Positions 23,645 to 35,259 of a DNA stretch of 64,000 nucleotides are shown in pieces (the first letter of the stretch is position 1; the number at the start of each line of letters is the position of its first letter). The notes beneath the pieces are model-generated. The model saw nothing but the letters and a program-made list of their open reading frames with translations, made no database searches and was not told the DNA's origin. The stretch lies in NCBI RefSeq assembly GCF_000143415.4, contig NW_003314298.1, positions 1,534,602 through 1,598,601 of the forward strand, read 5' to 3'. Origin of the DNA: Selaginella moellendorffii (lineage: Eukaryota > Plantae > Lycopodiophyta). Made by a program: the position numbers and the translations under genes.

Positions 23645-23893
23645 AATGGTGCCCCATGGGGGGCATTCCCTAGGCATCAAACAACTGACTCAAAACTGGA
23701 ATGGACAAGGGGAATCTGACTGTTTAATTAAAACAAAGCATTACAATGGTCCTTGTGGATGTTGATGCAATGTGATTTCTGCGCAATGGTGTAAATGTTA
23801 AAGTGAAGAAATTCAACCAAGCGTGGATAAGTAGCAGGAGTAACTATGACTCTCTTAAAGTAACTAAATGCCTCATCATCTAATTAGTAATGT
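23645..23893 (+). pseudogene. Decayed 25S/28S rRNA gene fragment including the R2/I-PpoI target region
   Basis: ACAAGGGGAATCTGACTGTTTAATTAAAACAAAGCATT...AAAGTGAAGAAATTCAACCAAGCG...GGAGTAACTATGACTCTCTTAAAGTAACTAAATGCCTCATCATCTAATTAGT is the conserved LSU core, here with C>T/G>A decay. Confidence 0.92.
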
Positions 23894-26800
23894 CCATATG
23901 TCAAGCACTTGATATGTCCAACACCTAATATGTTTAGGCCCTAGATATGTTGGCCCCTTCCTTTGAAGCAACATTTCATATCATATGACAGAACATCAGT
24001 GGTGATCTTTTAGTCCCACATAAATCTAAGCATGTTCGACACAATGCAACTCTGCACCCATTTATATCGGCATTACGGGCTAGTTCGGCCGAGCTGGTTT
24101 TGATGATGCTATCATCTGATCTTCCTGAGGAGATGATAGAATTGGCCGAAAAAGTTGCGACGCTCATCCTCTTACAGAGAGACCACTGGCACCACTACAA
24201 AGATAGCTCAGCTGCAAAATACATTTCTCCTGCTGCCACCACTCTTCACGCGCAGCATGCCAGGGTCGTGGCTCACTCGACTATGGATAAACCATCCCAG
24301 GTTTACCTAGACGTTATACCGAATTCGGCGGACGTTCTTCATTTGCGGAGTTTTGGCAGATACCCAAGACATCGAAATCAGATCATTAAAAGACGAGACA
24401 ATGGGCGTGGAGGTTTTGCAACACCTCCACGCAACTTACGATCCAGAACCAGTGATAGTCCACTTATCCCCTTCATTGGGACTGTCGTCTCCTCATCAGC
24501 CATGAGCACAGCGTGGACAAAACTGCGGAAGAAACATGGCAAATCACGATCTACTTAGATTTATATGATATTTTCTATGGCTAACACCTTAAACTTAAGG
24601 GTGGCAGCATAAGTTTTTCTGAGACTTATAAAGCTACTATCCAGAACTTTCTCGAAGGGTACGTGGTGCTAGTGGCATCAATCTCTTTTTCAGTTTTGTC
24701 AAGGTGACAGAGAACTATACAGTCTTAATATAAGTAGGTAACATACTGAGATTTTCTCCTGGTCGACTGATCTAGTATTTACTTTCTATGACTATAGAAT
24801 AATAGACAAATCCATATGGATGACTGCTTCGGCTCCAAACTGCAAATGACAGAGAGATATGGCAATTTGCGAGGCCAAACCAAATGACATGGAACATGAG
24901 CAAACTGGACTGTCACGACATTTGCTCAAGAAAGATGGAAGATTACATTAATAGAAAAAAGTATAGACATGGTTGTACATCTTACAATAGGCACTTTGAG
25001 AAAATATGTGCACCTCGGATTTTCATGGATAACTTGATGGCAGTATGCAGACCAGAAATTGAACCCATTGCGACTGACTGTGTTTAAGCGGGAGATATTA
25101 TTCGAATATAAAGAGCATGTGGTATAAACCACAAGAGGTGGATGATTCCGAGCTGGAAAAACTTGTGAAGTACAATCGATTTAAGAAATTCATTGATAAC
25201 AATTTTAAACACAGTCACTACTGATACTAAAATTATTCATGCTAAAAGCATGCCACTAGAAATGAGTCATGGCTTAAACCATATTCCACCTACACCATTG
25301 AATAAAAAGAAGAAAACGTATGCACAAAATGGAAGGAAGTCATATTGGCCAATGAGACTTCCTGAAGACTGGGCTTGGTGTGGTACAAGCCTCTTTGGAA
25401 TGGCTCTTGTAAGTTGTACCATGAATTTTTATAAATTTGTATATTATATAAAATTCAATGTGACTAAAGTTAACCATACTTAAAAGCAGAGAATATGCAA
25501 TCTACTTACAGAACTTTAGGACTGGATAAGGCTGCTAACAACCCTAGATTTAATGAGGGATATAAAAGGTTGCAAAGGCTTGATTTTATGATCTTTGCAT
25601 GAAACTCATCCAGTTTAAAACAGAATTTATATGAAGCCATTGAAACACTGATCCAGACTAAACCCATAATGTATAAAAAGACTTCTTATATCTTAATAAA
25701 GCACATAAGAAAACATTCAAATAGTTAGCTGTTGCTTGCTTTTATGTAGATTTGAGGTTATACTATCTGAATGTCATGCCATAGTAATTCATCTGGAAAG
25801 GGACATTAAAACGTGGTATGGGATAAGCAATCTGAAGTGGCCACCCTTGAGCCGCCCTACTCCACTACTCAAAAGTTATTAGTTTAAAAAAAATTTAAAA
25901 ATATGCTAAGAATATTAATTAGTTTTTATAAATAAATAATAATAACTTAGCATTTACTTGACCACATTTTAATATGTTTCATAAATATACATTTATCTAA
26001 AAATATATAAACTTAAATATATTAATACTATGAAGCAATATAATTGATTTGTTCAATGCAGATATTGCAAAATGTTATAAAGTATACAAATATATAAAGA
26101 AATATAATTTTAACAAAGTGATGGATTAGTTGATTGATTTTGTCTAGGAAAACCTCCCTACCAATAAAACCAGAATTTATATTAGAAATATTGCTAATGA
26201 TAAATGGAAATGTAAGATATGAAGGAAGAAACCATAAAGCAAGCTTACTATAGAGAAAATCAAATATATAAGCAAATAACTTATAACTACTATGCATGTC
26301 AGGCTTGAAAATAAATTTAGAAACAACTAGTAGATATTCCTATAGGCTTCTCCTGCTCACCTGTATAGTGAAAATTACATTTATTCTCTTACAAATATAG
26401 TATTGTTATAAAACTTGCAACAACTTAATCTAGATATGCTAAAACAATTCTTTGACACATCTAAATACACAAATGATCTTATTCTTATAAATGGACCACA
26501 AGCAAGAAAAATTATACTTAGAGATACATCTTTATATATATATAACTCTATCCTTTAGACTTTCTGGAGATTAAAGAAAAAACCATTGGTCAAAAACTTA
26601 TGATAATGTATGCCATGACAGAAGGAACTTTCAAGTATGACAAAAGAAAAAAGCTGCTTTTCAAATTTGCAAACTATTTTCATAGAGCTTCTAATGGGCC
26701 TATTCTTGTCACTTTTAGCTCTTAAATCACCATAGAATCAATACAAGAAATTATTCAATATTTTGCAACTAACAGCTTCAATAAAAAGTGACTTACCTAT

Positions 26801-27090
26801 TATATTATGAAAACACTTATGAAAAATTTATTTCAAGGAGAAAAATGTGATATTAATAAAATCATCACACACTTAGAAAGAGGTAGTCCTACCACAATAA
26901 ACTATACTTTAAGCTAATATATAAGAATAACAAGAAAAACAAACACTATATAGTAATATTTGGTGAGTGGTAGCACCTGCTATAGTCAGTGCTATTGCAC
27001 TACCACAGGAGAGTGATAGGCTTCCCATGTGAAATATATGGGCACCAAAGTTCTTGTAAAGAATAATGCTCTTGTAAAGAATAAATATAA
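23894..27090 (+). mobile_element. Decayed Penelope-like retroelement with N-terminal GIY-YIG and C-terminal RT (Chlamys-type)
   Basis: Motifs occur in order on the plus strand: I*ACSTQCNSAPIYIGIT (24024-24077, GIY-YIG), DCV* (about 25078, possible CxC), HGLNHIP, GLDKAANN (25519-25542), ADIAKCY (26058, motif A), KQLVDIPIGFSCSP (26321, motif B), SKYTNDLILIN (26460, motif C), YPLDFL, KYDKR. Many stops and frameshifts. Confidence 0.78.
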
Positions 27091-28854
27091 TAATAATTTA
27101 TTATTATGATAATAAATAATAATTATAAATATTCTAAAGTATCACTACAAATAAACAATTTTTAGGGTTCATGCTAAAATGTGGGGCAATGGCATCTTCA
27201 CAGGCAGAACTCTCATAATCCAACCCACATTCTTTCATATCTCAATCCCTTGCTTGCATATGGCTGTTTGTGATGCAAGTGCTTGTTAAGATTCCATGAC
27301 TCTATCCAAAGGATGACCCATAATAAACAGCAACCAACTTCCTGTAGATTTGGTTCGTTGACAACAATATTTTTTCAAATGATGCTAGGTAATATACCAT
27401 GACACTTCAGAATGACAAAAGCATAACTGTGTAATATTGGGATACAATGGAAGGATAGGTGGCTGGGGACAAGCTATTGTGGTTTCAATGATGTATTGAG
27501 TTCTTTTGCAGACAATCTAAATGGTCCTTTGAATAGAATATAAAGTAAAAGCTATCTTAATCAAACTTTAGAAAAAGGAAAACAAAATGTAAATTTATAA
27601 GTTGGTTAGAAGCTCCAAATGTTCCACCAAACTTAGGTTTTATCATCTTTTTGGGGAGAAGATATGGAAAAGAAGTTATTACCTGAGGGTAAGATTTTAG
27701 TAACAATGTATCTTATTTATGCATAATACTTTTGAAGTGTCTTCATCTAAATGAAAGCATATCAGGGTCTAAGAGAATTGTTTTTTATTTATCAATTTAT
27801 GTTTTTAGAATTAGACTTCTAGCTTCTAGTTTTATATTAAATCTCAATTTATTTATTCTGAAATTATCATCACAATAACCTCGAAAATTTTCAGCGTGAT
27901 AACTAAATCCTTATCACCAGATCTGGTGAATTGAAGATGTGCTCAAAATAAGTAAAATAATAATTATATTAAATAAGTTATAATTGTCATAAAAATTGGA
28001 TTAGTGGTGCAGGTTTGCCAAACTTAATGGGTTTCATAAAGCCTAAAGCTAAAAATTAATATGTAGATGAAGTTTAAAAGTCAAATTAATATTTAGTTAT
28101 CTAAATGATGATATGTTATTCAATCCTCTTATATAAAAACCACCATCCTAGAAACTAAAAATTCATAGTACAATAGAAAAAAATCATCTTGTGCTTATAG
28201 CTTTTCAGTTTTTACTAATTTCATTTATGGTCTCACTTGGAATAGATTAATTAATTTACATTTCTAACTAAAGATTTTAATTCAAATTTCTAGACACTAG
28301 TTGATCTAGGCTAGGATTCATAAAAACAAACTTCTGATGCATGCGAAATCAATTAGAGAAATAGTTATACAAATTAAATATTCCTCAATGCATTCACATT
28401 TAATAATGAAATATTAAGGCATCTATTTGCAAAGCTTACTGAAGTTATGTACATATACAACTTAAATTAAGGAATTTGAACAATAAATACCAAATTTCAT
28501 CACACTCTCAAATTGTAGATGACAAAATCATACAAAAAGTGCTTCAAGGGAATCAACACACAAAAAAAAAAAATTAAACTAGTAAATGTAATGCAAATGC
28601 TACTAAAAACAGAAAATATTTGATGTTTTTATTGTTACTATAAAATTTTAGACAAATAACAAATCCTATCAAACCAAAATAAAAATCAAAAGTTTGGTTT
28701 AAAGTTTGGTTTCTCTTTTGGTTTGCTAGGATGTGTTATTTGTCTATATTCTTTCTTTCTTTCTTTCTTTCTTTCTATATATATATATATATTGTATCGA
28801 TAATAATAGTAATAGCAGTTGATGAATTCTAATTTCTATTTTCTTGGATTTCCA

Positions 28855-29385
28855 ATGATAAAGCTCCCTAGTTTGATGATCTTTCTCTTGGCAATGGTTT
28901 ATACTTGCAGTGCACCCCCACCTGCTCCACAGCAAGGGTTGTTTAGGTATTTGCTTGGATATGACTTGCTCACTGTAGAGCAAGTGAGAGAACTCATGGC
29001 CGAAATTATCCAACGTGTACGGGACCTGCGTCTGCACCAGGTGAGAGTAGGGCAGCCCATCACATGGGTTGCTACGCTTGCAGGAAATGTGCGGGTGTGG
29101 GTGGAGGTCCGGGTGACAAACCAGATATGGCGTGAAGATCCCGCGGGTGGAATATGCTCGGTTCCGTCAAACCGGCTTGTGTACCCATTTGATGACATGC
29201 TAACCAGTGTTTTCGACATGTCTCGATCTGTTTTGGATCAACTGTATGATCGGCAACGCTGGTATGGCATTGTGGAAGTTGTGCTCAATGCATTTGGGAT
29301 AGAGTATCGTGTTGAAAGGCATAGGGATAGAGACACAACTTTAGAAATTGATCGGGGTGTGAAGCTCTTTAAGGGGTTTGTCTAG
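28855..29385 (+). CDS. Intronless 176 aa protein of unknown function with a predicted signal peptide
   Basis: Intact, relatively GC-rich ORF inside an AT-rich desert. N-terminus MIKLPSLMIFLLAMVYTCSA|PPP resembles a signal peptide. No motif recognised. Confidence 0.55.
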   Translation: MIKLPSLMIFLLAMVYTCSAPPPAPQQGLFRYLLGYDLLTVEQVRELMAEIIQRVRDLRLHQVRVGQPITWVATLAGNVRVWVEVRVTNQIWREDPAGGICSVPSNRLVYPFDDMLTSVFDMSRSVLDQLYDRQRWYGIVEVVLNAFGIEYRVERHRDRDTTLEIDRGVKLFKGFV

Positions 29386-29689
29386 ACACTAGGGGTAAAA
29401 GATCCTCCACACTCCTCTTGTTCTTGATCTTATGGTTTTTAAAAATATAGATAAGTTTGCTTCCTTTTAACATCCAAAAGTTTCCTCTTGAGTCCACTCC
29501 ATTATCTTGTTCTAGAGGCCATGGTGTTGATTCAAGCCTCCAAATCCTTAGGTGTGTAATGACAAATCTCCTCTTTATATTGCCACACAGCTTATCAAAT
29601 AGTAACACTTCTTTGTGGTTTGCTTACGTGATTAATTTCTAGTTAAAGGCGGAGAAAACTAAATAAGATCTTAATGTCCAAACCGAGTG

Positions 29690-29900
29690 GATATATTTAA
29701 AATATGCTTGGATATTTTAGTATATTCTAGTACTTATTCATTTAGATTAATTTTGTATTTATAATTTATAAACATGTTTATAATTTATAAACTTTCAAAA
29801 GACTTCCTTCTTATTAATCTTAAATTTATAAATTATAAATAAGTTTATAAACTTACATTTGATTAATTTGATTAATAAATAATAATAACACTACTATTAA
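29690..29900. repeat. AT-rich dispersed repeat, inverted relative to the copy at about 3540-3715
   Basis: The reverse complement shares TTATAAACATGTTTATAA..TTATAAATACAA.ATTAATCT...AATATCCAAGCATATT with 3590-3700. Confidence 0.7.
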
Positions 29901-30784
29901 GCAAACCAAACGTTGCTGAATGCAACGAACAGCAAATTATTTGAATATTATATCTCTAATTCTCTATTTATAGTCTTAAATTATTTAAATAAAAATATAT
30001 TAATATATTAAACTTACAACAAACCATGATTCCTGTTCTGCAAAGCAGTACAATTACTTAATGTTTCAATTTGATGAGATGATATTAGTTGTACCCTGGG
30101 ATACTTTTATTTGCTATTTTATATGGTGAGTTTGGAACACAATTTTCTTTTTAAACTTTTGAATTTATTTTCATGTTGCTAATTTATGTCCTAAATTGCA
30201 ACACTATATAACATAACAAAGGATTTATATTATTTAATAGTATATAATGCTGCTATTAATTTTAAAATACAAAAAATTCTTATGTGTTATGCTTGATAGT
30301 GTTGGTAGCAATGAAAAACCTTTCATATTCTCTATAAGAAAAAACTGTATTCGTATCTTTGTTTGATGCCAACCATCCCGATTGCTCAACTCGTCTTTGC
30401 ACCAATTAACGCCATTGTTTTGGTTTTATATACTTCACAGCAGGGGCCTGTCGTGCACACTAATCTCTCCTAGCCGGGAAAACAAGAGGGGAAGGTACCC
30501 CAAGAGATGTATAGGTATTTCAAAGAATCAAGGCTCTTGGTCCGCACCCCCATCAGCCTCACAAATCTCAGTTTAGAGGGAGGGAGGAGCAGAAAATATA
30601 AAGTTTCTCGAGTGCTGGTCGCCACTTCGCCTTGGTTGTGCGCTTCAAAGAGAAACTGAAACGACATCAACACGGAGCGCAAGCCAATACGTTCATCATG
30701 TCATGGCTTCTGGCTCAGGCCCTGTTCCAATCCAAGGAACATTGAGGCATTACTCTTGCGTAATCTTTTGGTTGATATCACTTC

Positions 30785-31500
30785 CGAAAGATGAAAGCTT
30801 GTTTTTGGGATCAGTGGTTGATCCTCTCTTCATGCTGCTGGAAGAGTCACGAATGACAAAGGTAGAGAAAAATGGATCTCATGCCTAAAGCTCTCCAGAA
30901 AAATTTCCTTTTGCTGGCATTTAGAAAGCCGACGAGGGCGGTTTGTTCAGAAATTTGGAAAAGACACGATCTGCATTGAAACTGTTCTCGCATCATCCTT
31001 CTTTTGGCAAAAAAACTCGATGCTATCTGTGACTCGCGAGGTGATCCATCAAGTGTTTGATCTGCTTCCAATGTTGTTCTACTTTTCTACTTGGTTTTTT
31101 TATTCCAACCATTTATTCCATCGGATTGCTTGGAGAATGCGTGAAAAGCGAGCCTTGGCTGCAGCGGCTTTGCAACCATTTTTCGTGAGTAAAAGCTCCT
31201 CGTTCGAAATCTGTTTTGCTAAGAGCATTGCTCTTTTGTGTTTTAATCTGCCGATTTGGAAGCTTCTAGCAAATCGAAGAATATATGCCTCTGGGAGTGT
31301 GGTCCAATCACAGCCATCTTTTTAGGCATTTGTTTCATACAGCTCGATTATTCCACTTTTTTCTATTGTTGCGCTCTCAAAGCAGCATCAAACCGAGCGG
31401 TGGCTAGCGCAGGAACTTCGAAGATCACAAGCTTTTCCGCGAGGCCGCGCTATCGAAGGATTCGTGAAAGAAAGATTTATGTAAGATGGTACCATTGTAG
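30785..31500 (+). pseudogene. Intron-retaining partial duplicate of RNase H2B (3' half), decayed
   Basis: Colinear with 22450-23500, for example GAAGAGTCACGAATGACAAAGGTAGAGAAAAATGGA, AAAGCGAGCCTTGGCTGCAGCGGCTTTGCAACCATTT and GGCTAGCGCAGGAAC..AAGATCACAAGCTTTT. Contains deletions and frameshifts. Confidence 0.9.
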
Positions 31501-32634
31501 CTTTTCTCTTAGCCTTGGCTATGGCGGAAACGAAGAAGACGAAGAAATCAACAATGGTGGCCGTGGCAACGGGTCTCTCGCTGCTCTTGGATGCCAAGAG
31601 CCATGGAGAAACAGCGCGCGCATTGGTCGTCGAGACTGGGGCTGCATTGGATCTCTCCGTGACGATCCGGCGAAACCACCGGCGATTCAAGGTGAAGATC
31701 ACGCTCGAAGGAGCTAGGAAATTCTTGGGTTCCAGCAGCAGCAGCAGCAATCGCTGGAAGGTCATAGGAATCCTCACCCTGGACTGAGAAATCCACGAAT
31801 TCACGATGCTCCATCGCTTCCCCTGTTTCTAGGTCAGAATATCCCTTTAGGGCTCCAACGTTCATAGCCAAATATCCAGTCGAATATACCACATTCAAGC
31901 CGAGCAGCAGCCAATTGGCAGCGCGCCGCGGTGGGGAATATGCCATCACATGGAAAGCGTTGGATGCCCAAAGATGCCCAAATACTCTCTCTGTGGATGG
32001 ATGAATGAGGTGGGTGTAGTATCCTGACACGTAGTTAATGAGCGCGTATGATAAGGCTTTGGAGCTTTTTTTTCACCTGGGCTAAAGTAGAAATCCTGCT
32101 ATTTTTATCTTTTACTGCGTGTTCGTTTGGTAAAGTCTACAGGGTGTAGGAGGTGAGAAGTAGCAGCAGTGTGGTGAGTGATTTGTGCGTTGCTTGAATC
32201 ATGCTGAGTGGTAGCAGTGGAAGCACTGAAAATGGAAGTGGAAGACGAGGAACAAGAGCTATGGTGGGAGGAGGGATTTAGTTGAGCATAACTTCTAGAA
32301 CCGAGAAAGGAAAAAGAAGGAAAAAACAATGACTTACCTCCAGTCCAAATGCCAGTGCCACCAGCGAAGAACTCCAAGTAAGTAGCCGAGCAGGGGAGTC
32401 GCGTTCCTTCGTCCTGCCTGCTAGGAAGGAGATCGATCGATCGATCGAGAAGAAGAGTACAAAGAGAAGAAGAAGAGATCACACCATCACTGCTGCTGGT
32501 GGTGTTGCTGCTGCTACCGGGAAGAACCATCTCTCCTCTTGAATCCCCTTCTTGCTTCTCGTCCTCCAAACTCATTGATTGTACCGAGAGCCTTTAAAGT
32601 CCCCTGCTTTGCTCGTCTCTGGAGTTCTTCGAGG

Positions 32635-34842
32635 ATGGGCGATGCGAATCCTCACACTGCTGCCGCTGCTGCTGCTGCTACTGCCACTGCTGCTACAAAT
32701 GAGAATGCAGTCGACGACGTCCACAAGATATCTCGCCTCTCCTCTGTCGTCCCCAATGGAGTGATCATCAAAGCTTCCCAGGTCGCCATGGACTCGCCTT
32801 ACAAGTCCCCCCGCCTCCGGACTTACGAGATCGAGGTCCGGAACCTTTACTACAAGATCATCAAGCGGACCGACCGGAGCGGCTGCTTCCCTGGAGCTCG
32901 GTTCTTCCAACGCCACCATCACCACCACCACCACCACCGTCGCCACCACCACCACCAGGCCAGGTACATTCTTAGGAACGTTAGCTGCGTAGCTAGGCCC
33001 GGAGAGATTCTAGCAGTAGCAGGACCCAGTGGAGCCGGCAAATCCACATTGCTCGAGGTTCTCGCCGGGAGAATTCATCCAAGTCACGGACCATCTTCGT
33101 CCGTGAGCACCGTCAGCCCCAAGAACAGCAGCATTCTCGTCAACAACCAGCCGATCGACTTCGAGCACTTCCGGCGCGTCTCCGGCTACGTCATGCAGCA
33201 CGACGCGTTGTTTCCACTGCTCACGGTCCACGAGACGCTGCTCTTCAGTGCTCAACTCCGGCTGCCTTCGTCGCTCCCCAAGGCCGAGAAGGCGGCCCGA
33301 GTTGAAGCTCTCATGGGAGAGCTCGGGCTCCTCCACGTAGCCGGCTCGCGGATCGGCAGCGAGAACGTCCGGGGCGTGTCGGGTGGCGAGCGGCGGCGAG
33401 TTTCCATCGGAGTTGACGTGATCCACGACCCGGCTGTTCTTCTCCTGGACGAGCCAACATCCGGACTGGACAGTGCTGGAGCGCTCCAAGTTATCGGGAT
33501 GCTCAACAACATGGCGGAGTCGCACGGCCGGACGATAATTCTCAGCATCCACCAGCCTGGTTTCCGGATCCTCCAGCTGATCCACAACATCCTGCTGCTA
33601 GCGAACGGAGCCGTCATCCACCATGGTTCTATCGGCCTGCTCGCGACCAGGCTCCAGGAGGCCGGTCACCGGATCCCCCAGCAAGTGAACGTTCTCGAGT
33701 ATGCCATCGACACCATCGACCTGTTCGAAGCCGAGAAGAGTGGCATTATCGGAAGCACAACTCTGGGAACGACGAGGAGTAAAGTTGGCCTCCAAGGATC
33801 GCTCCAGGACCTGTTCCTTATGTCCGGCCAGCTGAATGGAGATCATGATCCTGCTGCCGCTGCTAGTGCTGCTGCTGCTGCTGCCGCCGCTGCTGGCGAT
33901 GGTGGTGACGTCGAAATGGCGCTGGACGAAGTCACCTCCGAGGTGTCCGACGTAAACTCTCCAGGGCCCGAGGAGATGCACCTCGACTACGCGAACTCTC
34001 GGTTCCAGGAGATCATGGTTCTGTCCAACCGCTTCAGCAAGAACATCATCCGGACGAGGCAGCTCTTCGCGGCACGGACGCTCCAGGCTGCGGTGGCCGG
34101 TCTCGGGCTTGGCTCGATCTTCTTGCGACTGTCCCACAACAAGGGAGGAATCCAGGAACGCTACGGCTTCTTCGCGTTCACTCTTACGTTCCTGCTGTCG
34201 TCGACCACCGAGGCTCTTCCGCTCTACCTCCAGGAGAAGCAGATCCTTATGAGAGAGACGTCCCGAGGCGCGTATCGAGTCTCCTCGTACGTGATCTCCA
34301 ACACTCTCGTCTTCCTCCCGTTCCTGCTCGTCTGCTCCTTGCTCTACTCGGCTCCAACGTACTGGCTGGTCGGACTGAACCCGTGCATCTCGTCCTATCT
34401 CTTCTTCGTGCTCGTTGTGTGGCTCATTGTCGTCATGGCCAACTCCTTCGTCGCCTTCTTCAGCGCTCTCGTCCCGAACTTCATCATGGGCTACTCCCTC
34501 ATCTCCGGCAGCATCGGGGCCTTCTTCCTCTTCTCTGGATACTTCATCGCCAAGGACAGCATCCCGGAGTACTGGATCTTCATGCACTACATCTCGCTGT
34601 TCAAGTACCCTCTAGATGCGCTGCTCATCAATGAATACTCGTCGCCACCAAACAAGTCGAGCTGCTACGGAGAGGTGGTGGCTGGAAAGTGCACGCTCTC
34701 GGGTCGCGACGTGCTCGTCCAGGCTGCTCTCGAGAACGACAGCAAGTGGCTCGACGTTGGTGTCATGATCGGCTTCGCGATTGCGTACCGCTGCCTGTGC
34801 TGCCTCGTGCTGGGGCTCAAGACGAGGCAGAAGAAACAGTAG
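32635..34842 (+). CDS. ABCG (WBC) half-size ABC transporter, ABCG5/8/10-like, intronless
   Basis: Walker A GPSGAGKST, signature VSGGERRRVSIG, Walker B LLLDEPTSGLD, SIHQP, then an ABC2 membrane domain. Confidence 0.95.
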   Translation: MGDANPHTAAAAAAATATAATNENAVDDVHKISRLSSVVPNGVIIKASQVAMDSPYKSPRLRTYEIEVRNLYYKIIKRTDRSGCFPGARFFQRHHHHHHHHRRHHHHQARYILRNVSCVARPGEILAVAGPSGAGKSTLLEVLAGRIHPSHGPSSSVSTVSPKNSSILVNNQPIDFEHFRRVSGYVMQHDALFPLLTVHETLLFSAQLRLPSSLPKAEKAARVEALMGELGLLHVAGSRIGSENVRGVSGGERRRVSIGVDVIHDPAVLLLDEPTSGLDSAGALQVIGMLNNMAESHGRTIILSIHQPGFRILQLIHNILLLANGAVIHHGSIGLLATRLQEAGHRIPQQVNVLEYAIDTIDLFEAEKSGIIGSTTLGTTRSKVGLQGSLQDLFLMSGQLNGDHDPAAAASAAAAAAAAAGDGGDVEMALDEVTSEVSDVNSPGPEEMHLDYANSRFQEIMVLSNRFSKNIIRTRQLFAARTLQAAVAGLGLGSIFLRLSHNKGGIQERYGFFAFTLTFLLSSTTEALPLYLQEKQILMRETSRGAYRVSSYVISNTLVFLPFLLVCSLLYSAPTYWLVGLNPCISSYLFFVLVVWLIVVMANSFVAFFSALVPNFIMGYSLISGSIGAFFLFSGYFIAKDSIPEYWIFMHYISLFKYPLDALLINEYSSPPNKSSCYGEVVAGKCTLSGRDVLVQAALENDSKWLDVGVMIGFAIAYRCLCCLVLGLKTRQKKQ

Positions 34843-35259
34843 CTTAACGCATTCCTTGTGCTTTCGAGTTCTAGTGCTTTTCGCTGCGATCGATTGTCAG
34901 CCTGCCAACTTAGAAAGCAATTCTTGCTGGATACCTCTTTACAACTGTAGTCCATGTGTTGCGACGACTAAATACGCCTTGGAAGTAAGAGAGGATCGGG
35001 CTTAAGAAGTTCTGCAGAGTTCGAGTTCCTTCCAAGCTTCCATTGAAAAGTTATTCCAGCCCGTCTTCAAGCATGAGACAAGGACCACAAAGACGAAGTA
35101 AACCACAGCGACATCGCAAACGCAGAGACGATTACGTCGGTAACATCACGCTTCGTCCTCGAGCGAAAGGGACTCTGCAACAGGAAGAAAAACACTTCAA
35201 TAGGCTCCATGAATGAACAAAGAACTATAAAGCGTCAAGCCAATCTTCCTGTTGAGCTT

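Noticed and set aside
23645-23893. Functional rRNA gene or R2 insertion
   Set aside because: It is only about 250 bp with many transitions. The R2 site is mutated but uninterrupted, and the adjacent element has PLE motifs, not R2 motifs.
33010-34587. Long antisense ORFs over ABCG (and similar ones over other genes)
   Set aside because: These are expected shadows of GC3-rich codon usage and carry no motifs.
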